A stretch of DNA of 55,825 nt, counting the filler, from Streblomastix strix (Eukaryota), in assembly GCA_008636045.1 (NCBI GenBank). It is 3 parts of 3 records of this genome, joined end to end, with 100 filler letters (N's around TTAATTAATTAA, not from the genome) between each part and the next. Parts side by side here need not be neighbours in the genome. Positions count along the whole stretch, not along the records: positions 18,651 to 37,196 come from SNRW01000599.1; positions 37,297 to 55,825 come from SNRW01000600.1; 1 more part is not named here. One strand, written 5' to 3'. Positions within the stretch are counted from its first letter, which is position 1. Each line of letters starts with the position of its first letter. Of the stretch, positions 23,857 to 40,574 are shown piece after piece. Made by a program: the position numbers and the translations under genes. The notes beneath the pieces are model-generated. The model did no database searches. It was not told where the DNA came from and saw only the letters and a list, made by a program, of their open reading frames with translations.

Positions 23857-25337
23857 CTAAATACAAACGAAAAAATAAGTAAAAGGAAAATTAAATTCGA
23901 AAAATAGTAATAATTATAACTGTTTAATGAATTGAATTTAGTTCATTCATTGAAATATTATGAGTAACGTTTAAATATAAAATATAAACAGTACCGAGAA
24001 TAATAGTGATTTCAATTGATAAAATATTTTGGAATTGGTAGTTTAGGATGTAAAAATAAAATAAAATAATTAAATTATATGTATTTGGTATATATTGTTT
24101 ATAAATATTCAATTTCTATTAAATTTCTATTCAAACTAAATTATATAAGCCAGTAAAAACCGAATAATTAAGAATTACCGTTTTATAAGTGGTTGATTTT
24201 AAATTCATGTGGAAATATATAGAAAGCAAATGAAATGATAAAAATATTTCATTAAATGGAAGAATCAGAATTGCATCCTCAAATATTTTAAAATTTTGGC
24301 GATCTGACCCGTAAAAGAAATATTTTGATGAATTTTTTTCATTTTCTTCATAAAAAGTTTAAAAATATATCTATTTATAAATATATAAAAAAATAATTTA
24401 CAAAATTTTTGTTAAATTTATATATCCAAATGAGGATAAATATTCAAATTATTGTAATTTAATCATTCATAGCGTCAATTCACTAAACTTCGTAAAATTA
24501 TTTATAAATGTTGTTTATTTCTAGAAATAATACAATTAATGTATGTCTTTGTTCAATTCAATGAACAGGAATAGGTATCTCAAAAAAATTCTGTTTCTTT
24601 GTTTAGGAGGGAGAAATCCAACTATCATACAGTTCATATTTGTAATATATTAAACGTACATACAAAAAATGCATTAATATCCCAGACAACCAAAAAGTGG
24701 CCGGGATTTTTTGCCAGCCCTAAGGTACATATATAGACTATTGTATAATTAAATTTAAATATATATTTTTTTGTTAACTAAGAAAATAATATATCTATTA
24801 CATTCAACAAACCATTTACAAGAATAACAAAAATATCAATTTCTAACCTAACAACCCAGAATTTTGGCAATAAACTTTTTCGTATTAATATTAATTATAT
24901 ACCAAATGGCATTACTATTGCAAAACTATTTATTTTATTTTAATTACATTCAAAAATTCAAGATTAACAAAAACTCTATTTTTTGCAAATATCAATAAAT
25001 CAATTCCCATTTATTTATATTAAAATTAGCATCTATAATTATATTTTCACAATTATTGTTGAATAAATAGTTAATTATTATAGCTCTTTCTGTAAATTGA
25101 CCAATATAAAAAACTGAAAATAAAATTGCGGATTATTTATTATTTTTATTTGAAATAAGAATATTAAACAATTAATACTAGCTATTAAATTATATTCACA
25201 CAAATCTACTGATATTACCTTAAAAAACATTATATGAGCAAAGCCAAATAATATATTTACATAAATTGAATCAAATTTAGAAAAAAATCAAATTCTTAAT
25301 TTAAATTTCATCTTAATTATATTATTTTATCTTTCAG

Positions 25338-28204
25338 ATGTCAATTCCAACCCTGACAGTTGAACAACGTTCCTTACAACGCTTTCAGAAAAATGATAAT
25401 GAACCTACCGACAAAGATGTCAGAGTCAAAAGATAAAATAATGCCGAAATTATCAGAAAAAGTGAGCGAGAAAAAAAACTTGGTCAGCGCCGTAACTAAT
25501 TTGTGAGACCTGATGGCAGTGGATATACAGAAGAGGAGGTTACAATGTTTATTTATTATGATCTATTATTTAATATGTTTTTTATGTTAAACATTTTTTA
25601 GGTTGCATAGTTCTCTACAGAAATCGAATGATTAATTTCGTGTCAATCAAGTAATATGTTAGAAACATTTAAGGGCATTCGCATCTTTTTAAAAAATAGT
25701 ATGATCAATTTTATTTTGCTTTAATAAAAAAATTCATTTATATTCATTTATCTTCATAATATATATTTATGCTTTATTCATATTATTTATTTTATTTATA
25801 TTCATATTATTTATTTTATTTATATTCATAATTATATTTGTGTTTTGTAGAGCCATAACTTTCATCCGTAGCTGTACGATATGGACTCATACAATTAGCA
25901 TCAGATGCTCTCAAATAGGACAATTCAATTCTTCAATTCGAAGCACTGTGGTGCTTAACAAACATTGGTATTCATATAACGTACATATATTATCTTATTA
26001 TTTATTATTATTATATGTTAAATTAAAGATTATTCTTATTATTTATTATTATATATAAAAATAAAGCAAGTGAGGAGCATTTTGAAATAGATATTGCTTA
26101 CTCGGGAATTATACCTGAATTTTGTAGATTGTTAAACTCGCCGAATGCAAATGTTATCGAGTAGGTACTTATTTATTTAATAGCATTCTAATTATTTATT
26201 ATTTATATAATATTATATATATTTCTATCATATCTTTATTTATTTCAATGTTATTTATTATTATATATTACTAATTATCATATTCAATAATATACACACA
26301 GTGTCTTTGGCTCATAAGTAACTTAACTTGTGAATAAGAAGAGATAAGAATAACATTATTGGATTAAGGAGGATAAAATCTTATTATGAAAATATATGAA
26401 ATATTGAGTAATCCTAAAATGCCTAATAAAATTCTGAAGGAAGGTGCATCAGCTGTTGGATTTATGTTCACTGGTATTTAGTAGCCGTTTATTGGACGGG
26501 TATGTTGAATATATATGATTATTTATATGGTGAATATTATATGTCAATTTTTTTATTTGTTTTATTTTTTATTTCTTCGAACTATTTATTATTAATATAT
26601 AAACAATAGTTAATTCCAGTTTTATTCAATATTGTTCAGAATTCAAGTGATCTTGAAGTTATAACTGAATGTGTAAACTCACTGAGAAAGTTTTATAAAT
26701 CTCCGCTTGCAGTAACAAAAGTTTGATTCAATACTCACTATTTTATATTCAATTGATATAATATAATATAATTTGTGAATGTATAAATAATTATTATTCA
26801 TATAACATTCATTATTATTATATTCTTCAGCCATACACGAATTCAGACAACATAAAACTACTGCTTTCTTTAGTAAAAGAAAGTATTAATAAATCAACTA
26901 CACGGAGTATATTCAACATTCTGGTAGACATTTCTGAAGATGATGAATTCATAAAAGTCTGATTATATGTTTATTATTATTTGATTATATACTTATTATT
27001 ATTTATTAATTCATCCAAATACTATTTTTTTTCTTATTAAAATATATTTCATTATAATTATCAGATAATTATCGATAATGGAGGATTACAAATAATGCAC
27101 GCATATCTGCAAATATCACAAAATCAATCAATAATCAACGATATTATGTTCATAATGTCTAATATTGCAGCATGTGATGATGCTACAATCGTGTAAAGAA
27201 TGATATCTGAAGGTCTTATAAGCACATTTCTGAATATTATAGCTGAGCCTCATACAGCTGAATAGTAATAATATTAATAAAGTTAAGATTAGCATTAGAA
27301 CGAAGATGAAATGAATTAAAGTGATGATGATGAAGATGATGAATAATATCCCACATATGAGCATAGATTGAGTTCAAAAGTATTCATCAATGCTATATGG
27401 ATCATAGGTAATCTCTTACAAAATGATTCCTTTGAGATACTCATGATTCTATGTGGTAGTGGACTTGCAAAAGCGCTCTCTATAATTGTTGATATGAACA
27501 TGAACAATATTAAAGTATTGGAAAAAGCTCTTATGTCAATAAATAAGATGTTAAAACAAGCTGAATACTTTGATTCTAGAGATGAACAGACTTAATTACG
27601 TTTAATGGATCTACTTTATGCATAGAGCTAATTATAGATATAAGCAGGAATAGATTTGAATGAATAATAACAGAAAGAACAAGAAATTAATAAATAGGAA
27701 CGTTTAGCTGATGAATAGTTGATATTTGGAGAGAAATTATCAGAAAGCAGAAGTTCTGGATCTTCTTTAATGATTTCTCTTACAAATAAGCATCATTAAT
27801 CTATATAATAATAAAAACATCATTCACATTCTGGTAATGATGAGCTAAATAATTCATATGAATCACTCTTCCATCAACTTATTATTCCAGCTCCACAGTA
27901 TATTCAGTTCTTTGAAGATATTATTAGTGTTAATAGATAATAAGGACATTCAGTTACTCATTCTAATCAATAATTAGATCCTGTTTCACCACTTCCAGAG
28001 AGTATGATGAAGGAAAGAGGTATTTTAGAAGCGAAATTGATTTAGTCGATGATTGAGGAAGGAATAAACTATCATATGAGGGAGCTGCTGGGGCACAAGA
28101 ACAAGAAGATCGACAAAGCAGCAAAATTTTTATATGAAAAATATTTTAGCTAAGATGGTGATGAAGATGTCGCCTTTCTCGAGTTTGATAGTGCAGCTCT
28201 TTGA
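25338..28204 (+). CDS. Importin-alpha-like ARM-repeat protein, multi-exon
   Basis: IBB-like RVKRQNNAEIIRKSEREKKLGQRRN; ARM motifs EALWCLTNI, QCLWLISNL, IMSNIAA, NAIWIIGNL; ends at TGA 28202. Confidence 0.8.
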
Positions 28205-28472
28205 TTCTACCAAAAATCGTGATCCACAGCATGTTAAATAAATCAAATTTTATGCAAATTGTCTTATATATAACAATTTTTAGTATAAACATTGCCTACT
28301 AACCTTGTGTAGCTAGGAAAATGCAAAATAGATATTTGGGCAACTTATGTATCGAAACGTTCTGAAATTTGTATATTTTTATTTAGATGAGATGGATGAA
28401 GCTCATTCAGTTGGCAAAGTGTTCGAGTTCTGCCGCAATATGCCAAGGCAAGGATAAAAAGTTGCGACCTGC

Positions 28473-28737
28473 TCAGTGGTACTACAGCAAAGAGAATAAA
28501 GAAAATCGTAGTTGAAAATAATTTTATATACTTTTTGAAACCCAATTTCAATGGCACTTTCTCTGAAGCACCGCCTGCAGAGCATTAATCCGTATTTTCT
28601 GATCAAACCGTGAGAATTGGCGCACCGTCGGCTAGATAAACATAATTTTGGTCTATTAATAACAAATTATGCTCGACATACCACTTACGAGAGCCTGGAC
28701 CAAAGTTCTTTGGGTGACTGTTGAGCTTCTTCGGCAT
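28473..28737 (-). CDS. RPS29: 40S ribosomal protein S29 (uS14), two introns
   Basis: [57 protein letters not shown]. Confidence 0.95.
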
Positions 28738-28814
28738 TTCGTCCTAGTATTTGCCATCGCACAGGAAACGAAAAACAATTCAAAAATATTAAAAGTTTTA
28801 TTAAACAATTATTC

Positions 28815-30091
28815 ACAGAATCATAGTCATAAATAAAACAGCAGAAGCAACTCCAGAAAAAAATATCTGAATTATTGAAAAAAAAATGTTAAAATTAGTA
28901 TATTTCCAAACAAAACAGGCATACTGCTAGATTTTCGTCTGTAATAACTTTATTATTAAAGGTATTAATAATATTTTCTTTCCTTTTGTGCATTTTCCCA
29001 GTATTATCAGATAAATAATCTAGTTTATCAGGATAAGTATAAATTTAATTTTGGTTATTTGAACAAATTTAAGATGAATCATTTATCTAAACAGATTAAC
29101 AAGATTTATTTGATTATACAGATGATTATGAAGAAATTGATTATCCTGAATTATATGAATTAATTGATGAAGGTGTTTAAAACTAAGAATCAGGATCTTA
29201 ATTTGGTTATTATTAAATATCATCATAATCTTATTGCATATATATAATAAATAATTAATTAATTAATAATTATAGTATTAATAATTAATATATAGAACAA
29301 ATAATAAATAAATCACTAATATATTAAAATTCAATGTATACCATCTAAAACAAGAATTATTGGTCCTTTCTTTTACAATTATCGAGCATTCTGAGCGGTT
29401 TATATTATACATATAGCTCTATTAATATCTTCATCTGTTGGATTAGAACAATATTATTCATTATAAATATCTACTTATAAATATCTGTACAATAATAATA
29501 GTAAATAAAATGTTAAAACATAAATATAGATATATGAAAAAGGAAATATTAATAATACCCTCTTTTGTCCATAATTACCATTAGATGCCACATCAATTAT
29601 GCAATCTATACCTGAAGAAGAGAATCTACATGACAAAGTGGTTCTATAAGATCTTCAAATGGAATGTCTTTGTTATTTAGTAAGAAATTAAGATTAACAA
29701 AAGATTAAATAGATTAAACAGATTTTTTATATTTCATATCAAAATTGCATACTGAATTTCTTTTAAGCAGCTTCATTCAATGCACTGGATTATACAATAA
29801 TAAATAAAATTAAATTTGCTTGTACATAATATTCACAAACCTTATATTATCAACCTTAGCAAAATGAGCTGTTGGTTTCTTCTTGTATTCTACATGCTTT
29901 CCTGGACAAACTGCATTGATAAGCTCAATAAGAGTACCATTACGAGCAGCATCACTCAAAGAAACATCTAAATTCTCACATAATTCTGCTTCAATCAATT
30001 AATGAACTTTTCTTTCGATGCTGATTAATAAATGTGCTTGGTCTAAAACTTAGCTGTTCCCTTTTATTGGTGTTTATGATAAATTTTCCAT
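28815..30091 (-). CDS. Calponin-homology domain protein, multi-exon; 3' end uncertain
   Basis: LSDAARNGTLIELINAVCPG...FAKVDNIR matches the CH pattern (L.DG..LC.LIN...P...ENI). Confidence 0.7.
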
Positions 30092-30128
30092 GTATATATA
30101 TACTTTTTTATATAATATCATGTTAAAA

Positions 30129-31410
30129 ATTAAAGATAGTAAAAAAAATAAAATAATGAATCTAATGATAGTGTAGTTAAAGAAGCGAAGAAAATAATTA
30201 TGAATGTGATTGAATTCTAGAAAAAAAATGTATATGAAAATTGGAGTTAAGAGTAAATAATTAGTTTATTATGACTATTAGTAAAGAAAAAATTTGTGGA
30301 AATAGTAATTCATTTTTCCATGGAGCGATAAATGCAATTTATAAAAATATTTTTTTTCTTCATTAAATAATTCGTTAAATGGTTTCAAATATAGTATGAA
30401 TTCAGAATTACAATATTTAAATTTTAATGAAATATGAATGTTAACTTTGTATGTTTGATTAGTCCTAAAATTGAATTTTTATTATTTGTATTTAATTCTT
30501 ACACGTACATAACCTTATACATGTTAGAATCATGGTATTCAAGAATATAATATTAATTTATTCAATATTTTTATCACAAAATACTTAGCCAAACTGCACG
30601 AGATGATATAGCACTTATCCAATAAATTCTGATTTCTGCTTCATATCAAACATATTTTTCATGTATTTAGCTTCTCTGAAATTATTTATTATAATATATA
30701 TAAATTTAAGTGCTTATGAATCAAGATTATTATTTATTTCCTAATTAATTTAATGTGAATTGAATTAATGATTAAAGATAATAAATGAAATAAAATAATG
30801 TATCGAATGATGGTGTAGTTAAAGAAGCGAAGAAAATAATTATGAATGTGATTGAATTCTAGAAAAAAAAATGTATATGAAAATTGGAGTTAAGAGTAAA
30901 TAATTAGTTTATTATGACTATTAGTAAAGAAAAAATTTGTGGAAATAGTAATTCATTTTTCCATGGAGCGATAAATACAATTTATAAAAATAATTTTTTT
31001 CTTCATTAAATAATTTGTTAAATGGTTTCAAATATAGTATGAATTCAGCATAACAATATTAAAATTTTGTGGTAATATTAACGTTAGCTTTGAATGATTT
31101 ATTAGTCCTAAAATTGAATTTTTATTATTTGTATTTAATTCTTACACGTACATAACCTTATACATGTTAGAATCATGGTATTCAAGAATATAATATTAAT
31201 TTATTCAATATTTTTATCACAAAATACTTAGCCAAACTGCACGAGATGATATAGCACCTATCCAATAAATTCTGATTTCTGCTTCATCTCAAACATATTT
31301 TTCATGTATTTAACTTCTCTGAAATTATTTATTATAATATAAATAAATTTAAGTGCTTTTGAATCAAGATTATTATTTATTTCCTAATTAATTTAATGTG
31401 AAATGAAACA
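30129..31410. repeat. Head-to-tail ~642-bp tandem duplication in intergenic DNA
   Basis: attaaagata...gtgtagttaaagaagcgaag...gccaaactgcacgagatgat...aatttaatgtgaa starts at 30129 and 30771, with scattered substitutions. Confidence 0.92.
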
Positions 31411-31462
31411 TGAAATGATTAGTAAGTACAATTTTATATATATCCAATAAATTTATTTCTTT

Positions 31463-33234
31463 TCATTTATCTTAGTCGAGTACCCCAGTAAGGAATTCCT
31501 TCTACAATGCCATAATTTTGGTTATAAACGCTTCCAAATGAATTATTGGTTTCATCCCCTACTAACATCTATGCTCCTATATTTATATATATAGTATTGA
31601 TTTTATAAATATTATAGATAGAAATGAATTAAATATTACATAGTATAATAAATATAATAATTCTTATTATATAATATATTATATTCATACAAAGAATGCA
31701 GCCCAATATGCAACATGTTCTTTTAATGATCCATCAACTTTATTATTCAGATGTTAAGATATTCTCTATTAAATAATATATATAATATATTATAATATAA
31801 TATTAATATTAATATTAATATAATATATAATATATAATATAATTAATATTAATATTAATATTTAATCATACTTTGAATAACACATCTGCAGGAATACAAT
31901 TAACAAGTAATTCATACAATCTCTTCCTTATATCAAGAACTCTGGATTATATAAATATCATTATAAATATAATAGCAATATAAATAATAATATATAATAT
32001 ATAGCATATAATATATAATATATAATATATAGCATATAATATATAATATATAATTAATATATCCAATCATACTATTTAGGATCTTATTATGCCAAAGCCA
32101 TAGTAGCTATTTCTTCAGATGCTATTTCCCAATCTGGAACTGGAATTGACATTTGAGCTTCAAGAGTTTGTCCACTTCCTTATACAGCTAAACACGCATC
32201 TAACATCAGCAGTGCACGTCTTACATTCCCATGAGACTGCACAGCTATATTCTATGCTAGTTCTTATGGGACTGCTTATTTTTATCTTTCGTCTTCTTGT
32301 TGAGATCTTTCATAACCTTTCTTTCCACGCATAGCCATTCTCCATGTTGAATCATGCTCTTATTATCCTGCTTTCTGCACAATGCGTACTATATCATCAT
32401 CTGTTGGTGATGCACATCTTACTAATAAGCACCTTGATAGTAGTGGTGAGATTATTTTGGATGTTGTCTCACACACTAACACTAGTCTGCAGGTGGACAT
32501 GTACTTCTCCATGGTTCGACGGAGCGCGTGTTGTGCGGCTTTGGAGAGTAGGTCAGCGCCGGTTAGAACGACGACTGGGGTTTAATAATAGGAATGATAT
32601 AATATTAATAGAATGAATTAGTAATTATAATAAAAAAATTTAGGCCTACCTTTGAAAAGCCCGCGTGTGTCAGATCCTTTATCTGAAGAAGATTAATGAG
32701 CTTTGCTCAATGAGCTTGCACTTCCCCCTTTCTTTGCCTTGGCAGACATTAGTTGCATTCGACCCAGAGCACGTTGAGCGCTCTCTCCTTCTCCGAGATC
32801 TAGCGGCAGCGACTGAGCAACTTCTTTGATCAATTCCATCACCACGTAACGGTCAGCCATTCCTGCATCTGATGGGCAAACTTCTACGTGGTTAGGCGAT
32901 GAAAGGAGTGTGATATCAAACGTTGCAGATTAATTGCCTTTTTTCAGTTGTCGAGTCTCTACTACTATCTGTGCATGGATATCAATTATAAAAATATATT
33001 ATATAGTAAATTATTAACAAAGTTAAATATGCTAACTTTGTCTACGCTGGGTCCGAAGACGGTGCGGAGAAGAATTTGTATTCTCGTTTTCTTTCCACAA
33101 CCTGGTGGACCATAGAAAAGTATGTGGGGAAAGTCTCCTTCAGAGAGCATGGCCTTGAGGCTGCTCATCATCTCAACATTGAAGTCGAGCTCAGCGACGG
33201 TTGTCGGCCGGGTTTTGTCGAGCAAGAGCGCCAT
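31463..33234 (-). CDS. RFC3: Replication factor C subunit 3 (yeast Rfc5 orthologue), multi-exon
   Basis: LLLDKTRP, DFPHILFYGPPGCGKKTRI, AQHALRRTMEKY, GNVRRALLML, IIHLEAFITKIM; ends at TGA 31463. Confidence 0.92.
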
Positions 33235-33569
33235 CTGAGGGTGGGGTGTTGGTTATGCATTTGATGAAAATATGCTAATTAATTTATTTAAGTATGTTTC
33301 CCAATAAAATAAAAAATATTTATGAGTTTTAGTTTTTCTTGAATATCATGATTGAATTTCTCATAGAAGCCAAGATGAATAGTGGTATTTGACACTAATT
33401 ATTTGTCGATGAAACAAGCAAGTATTGTAATAATGCTGGAAGCATTAATGAATTTAAATAAACTGGCCTAAATCAAATAATTATTAATTTCAAAAAAAAT
33501 TAAATAAAATAGATAAAATCGTTTATATGTTTCAAGATCCGTTTATTGATCGGTTTCCAAGCAACGAAC

Positions 33570-34013
33570 TCAGTGTTACGGGTACAACATTATGCGGCAA
33601 GCCCTACCGAATGAAGTGCCTGGAAGATTGTGTTTGAAACTCACTCTTACAACTCCACTGTTCCCATGGACTTTTACAACCTTCCCGCGAACTGAGCGAA
33701 GACCTTTAATGTTCTTCTTTGACTATAATAGTATTGTAGTGATGATTAATTACTGATGGGAAGGTATGAAAAAATAAATATATACCTTTTTAACCTTGTA
33801 GATATAATAGACTGTTTTTCCTAGATAGTATCTTGCACCCTCCTTCGATGTGCAGCCTTCGATCTCTACAAGCGAGAAATTTGGGTGCTGTGTATGCAAG
33901 CCTCTGTGATAAATGCGAATAATAGATTGATTAATGCAAATTGAAAAGGGATATGTGTGTTCAAACCTTTAATATCCTAAAATTCGTCCAAGCAGATGCA
34001 AGCGATGTGCCAT
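33570..34013 (-). CDS. RPL35A: 60S ribosomal protein L35a (eL33), two introns
   Basis: MAHRLHLLGRILGYQR, SLVEIEG, YYLGK, GKVVKVHGNSGVVRVSFKHNLP, RIMLYP. Confidence 0.93.
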
Positions 34014-34663
34014 TCTCGCCTTGATAATGAAATAATATATATGAATTATTGATATAAAATTCAAAGAAATTTTAATGGTTATAAATGTTAATTTTATGAT
34101 GAAATTGTAGATTTTGTATTTTGATAGAATAGTTGGTTTTATCACCAAATATCAAATTGTAATTTATAAAAATATATACCATTTAAAAGAAATAATGGTA
34201 TGTGCATACGAAAGAATATAAATAATAGTCGCAAATATTGCATATAAAGCGTGTACAGAGCTTTTTAATAAAAAACAAGATATCTGTTTGTTATTGAATT
34301 AAAAAAATATAAATGTAGTACAGCGAAATAAATTAGCATATTTTATATAGATAATTACTAAGTGCGATGTCGAACGAGCTAATTCGCGCCACCAAACTTC
34401 TACTATGCGGCTGATCAGACAATTTTCACAAACTGAGTCACTGATCTACGGTGATTTTTACTAGTAAATTTTTATTTGTTAACTAGCATAAAACAATAAT
34501 GAATTAGAAAATAAGTTAATTATTTATTATTAGAAGAACTAAGATTATAATTTATTATTGCTAATATCAAAAAAATTAATATTTATTAGGCTTGTCATGC
34601 CTGTGTGTGAAGCGACGAATCAGCCAAAACAAGCAGAAATACTTACTATTAAATACAGAAGAC

Positions 34664-37032
<2,369 letters not shown>

Positions 37033-37196
37033 TATTCGCAGTTTTCACGAATTTGTAAGACAGTATGGGGACTATAAAATTTTTGCCGAACTGTCATGGA
37101 ATATACGTTTAGATACCATATGGGCATTGTGTACGAATTTATTGTAATTTTCATAGACAACTGAAACTTAATTCGATCCAACACATTTTTTTTTTT

Positions 37197-37296
37197 NNNN
37201 NNNNNNNNNNNNNNNNNNNNNNNNNNNNNNNNNNNNNNNNTTAATTAATTAANNNNNNNNNNNNNNNNNNNNNNNNNNNNNNNNNNNNNNNNNNNN
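37197..37296. other. Artificial contig-joining linker
   Basis: N44-TTAATTAATTAA-N44. Confidence 0.98.
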
Positions 37297-37543
37297 ACAA
37301 TCCACATTGGTTATTTAAACTAAATATTATGTTTTTCTGATTCTTCCCCAATCGATGAACAATAAACAAATTATTTTTTCAATATTCTTCAAATAAACAT
37401 ATAAACAAGATTATATTTTTAACCAAAATTTCGTGTTTACTTAACATTTTTTTTCCAAATTCAAATACGGTTTTTTGCACTATATATAATTATTTTTACT
37501 TGAAAAAATTATTTATTTACATTTTTATTTGAATTTAAAGCAA

Positions 37544-40511
37544 ATGAATATATAACCAGACGTTGAACAAAGACGAGCATTGCGAGCCTAAATGTTTTAA
37601 GGAGAAACAGATTAGAATCAAATCCGCAGTAATCGAGAGGCAGAATTTAGTCTTAAAAGGCGTGATCTACGTTTACATGCACTTGAAGGCCATAGGAGAT
37701 TGAATATTAGTGATGAAAAATGTGAAATACCTTTAGAAGTATGAATTTAATCTTTTCATGAACTTATCTTTTATTATAAAATTATTTTTTTATAAAAGGA
37801 TATTGATGAAATTCTTTTAAAACTCAAATCAGATGATATTAAATAATAATTAAAAGGAGTTAAATAATTAAGAAGATTATTTTCATGTTTGGATTCACTA
37901 TTACTAATTTCAATTTATTTAATTATCACATAAAATTTTTATTTTTATTCAGCAACACAATAAGTTAACTCAATCCCATTCTTAAAGCTTGATATTATTT
38001 CTACTCTTTCAAGATGTCTTGATTCAACAAATAATGATATTATTGAAGAATCTCTTTGGACATTGTCTAATATGGGTATTTATTCTTCATATATTCAACC
38101 TTAGTTATTATTTTTAAAATTATATTATTTTATTTATATTCAGCTGCTGGATAAACTTATGATACTCGTATTATTGCATTTTCTGACGCATTTGATAAAA
38201 TAATCAAATTTATGGATTCATCTGAATAGAAAATCGCCATGTAGGTTTAATAATTTTATTATTATAGTTTTTAGTATATTTTTCTTTATGATTTTAAGGC
38301 CATATGGTGTTTGAGTAACATTAGTGGAGATAATGTTGAATTACTTAGATTCTGTTTGGATAAAGAAATTTTACCTAAAGCTCTCCTTATTTTAATCAAT
38401 TCTTTGAAAACGCGTACAAAAGTACTTATTCATCAATCAGTGTTTCTATTGACAAATTTGTTACGTTGCGATAGAAATTTGAAATAGGATATAAACATAC
38501 ATGGATAAAGTGGAAAGGAATTTAATTTATCTGAAACTGTCATTCCAATTTGCAATGCAATTAAATTTATTAATTTCGAATCTATTCAAGATATATAAAC
38601 AATTTAAGATGCAGTTTAAGCTCTTGGATATCTTCTTATTAGAAATGATTAATTTATTGAAGTTTTGCATTTTTTTATACATTATATAATTGTCATATTT
38701 TATTTTTATACAAATTTCATCTATTTTTAAATTAATATTCAGGTTATATATTCCATGAATATTATTTCAAAGATTGCTGACGTTGCAAAGAATGCAATTG
38801 TTACATAGAAATATGATAATTATATGAGAGATGCAGTTTATGTTCTTAGTTTTTTTGCTTAAGGCGAAGACTAGATGACTTGGGTAAAATATATAACAGA
38901 ATACATATTAAATGAATTATTTCATTATTATTTTATAATAATTATTGCTCCACATGCTATTATTACATTTTTATTTTCTTTTATTCTAAATAGGCTGTTT
39001 ATAACTTGAATATAATAGAAGTCTTAGTGACTCTCTTAAAAAAGGATAACTATTATGGAGTTATTGATTCATTATTTACTATCTCAAATATTTGTGCTCT
39101 CAAATCTGTTGATGTCATTCATGCAATACTTAGTAGCGAAATCCCATACATTTTAGCAAATATTCTGAGATAAAAACAAACTGACAAATTCAAATTATGT
39201 AGAGAAGCTCTCTGGTGCATCAATAACATAACTTCGTAGGAAGATGCAGATTATTCATCACTTATATTGGCACAGGTTCCTGTTGCTCTGACAAGATTCC
39301 TAAAACATTTGCTTTATTATCCTCCGATTAGTAAAGAAGGTGTTATAAAACCCAAATATTAAGAGGTGTATATTGGGAGAAGATATGAGAACTTGACTTT
39401 AGTTGTTCTAAATTGCATAAAGAAACTGTTATTATATGGAGTTACAATGATGGAAGAAAAATTTGCGCGTTATGTTGGATATTCTCCTAAGCTTCTGAGA
39501 CTTGAAGAGAGAAAATGGGCTGAAAAAGGATGGCCATGTTGTATGCAATGGAAGAAATAAGGAAATAATTCTGAGCCTGTCATTTTCATGAATAAGGCAC
39601 TCCATCAGTTAAGATTAGATGATGATGCAATTGATATTCTTATGTCTTTACATGAAAGTAAAAACCTTCCTAAACCAATTAAAGCATATGTTGATGATAT
39701 ATACAAGAAATTTATTATTAGAATTATTCTTGAAAGAAAAAAATATTAAATTGATAGAAATGATAAAGAAAGTGAAATAAAAGGTTAGGAGGGATAAGAG
39801 GAAGAAGAAGAAGAAGAAGATGATGATGAATAAACAGAAACAGATACTGAAACCTTACTTGAACAATAAGCATAATTATATGGAGAAGTTCTTGGTGGAT
39901 AGTTGAATAAATTTGACCCAGTATCAGGAACTGATGAAGATGATGATGAAGGTAATGATAATGGAAGAAATGAAGCAGCAGATTTTAGCGATGAAATAAT
40001 GTAAGAAAATGAACCTAATTAAGGATTAGATATTCTTACGTAAGATGATCTTCATTTGAGATTTGGTTTTGATTAATCGAATGGAATGGACTAATAATAT
40101 CCAATTATGTCTCAACAGTATAATCCATAACCATATCAGTTCTAATAATTTCCTCTTCCTTCATAGCCTTCTTCTTCTTTATATTCTTCCCCTCAATCTA
40201 CTAATACATCTCAGCCTCTATATTCTTATCCTTAAATTCATTTTTAGTCACCACAATAATCTGAATTTATTCCTCAGGGTGCTTATTAACCATTCTCTGA
40301 TAATATTTTCAACATATCAAACCAGAATACATTCGCTCCTAATTCTGCTATAGATTTTGGGAATATGAATTCTCATATATTTGATTAACCTACACCACTT
40401 TTCCCTTCAAATGAACAATCACAACATTCATCTGGATAATAATAGATCCTTTTCCCATAAGATGAACCACAGAAAATTTCTTTTAGTGAATAAAACACCA
40501 ATAATTAATGA
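37544..40511 (+). CDS. Divergent importin-alpha-like ARM protein with acidic and S/P/Q-rich tail
   Basis: Degenerate IBB (KRRDLRLHALEGHRR), KGVKQLRRLFS, ESLWTLSNMAAG, QAIWCLSNISGD, EALWCINNITS; ends at TGA 40509. Confidence 0.8.
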
Positions 40512-40574
40512 GGAATAAATAAATTGAATCATAAAAGAAAGAACTGTTATATTATACATTTTTTTATTAAGAAA

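Noticed and set aside
28738..28757. Upstream ATG before RPS29 as the true start
   Set aside because: It is 20 nt upstream and out of frame with the conserved protein.
31770..32065. AT-rich simple repeats in RFC3 introns as a CRISPR-like array
   Set aside because: Low-complexity intronic microsatellite without unique spacers; eukaryotic context.
34340..34455. GC-richer intergenic patch with CTGA motifs as a C/D snoRNA
   Set aside because: No convincing box C or recognisable rRNA guide; needs an Infernal/snoscan search.
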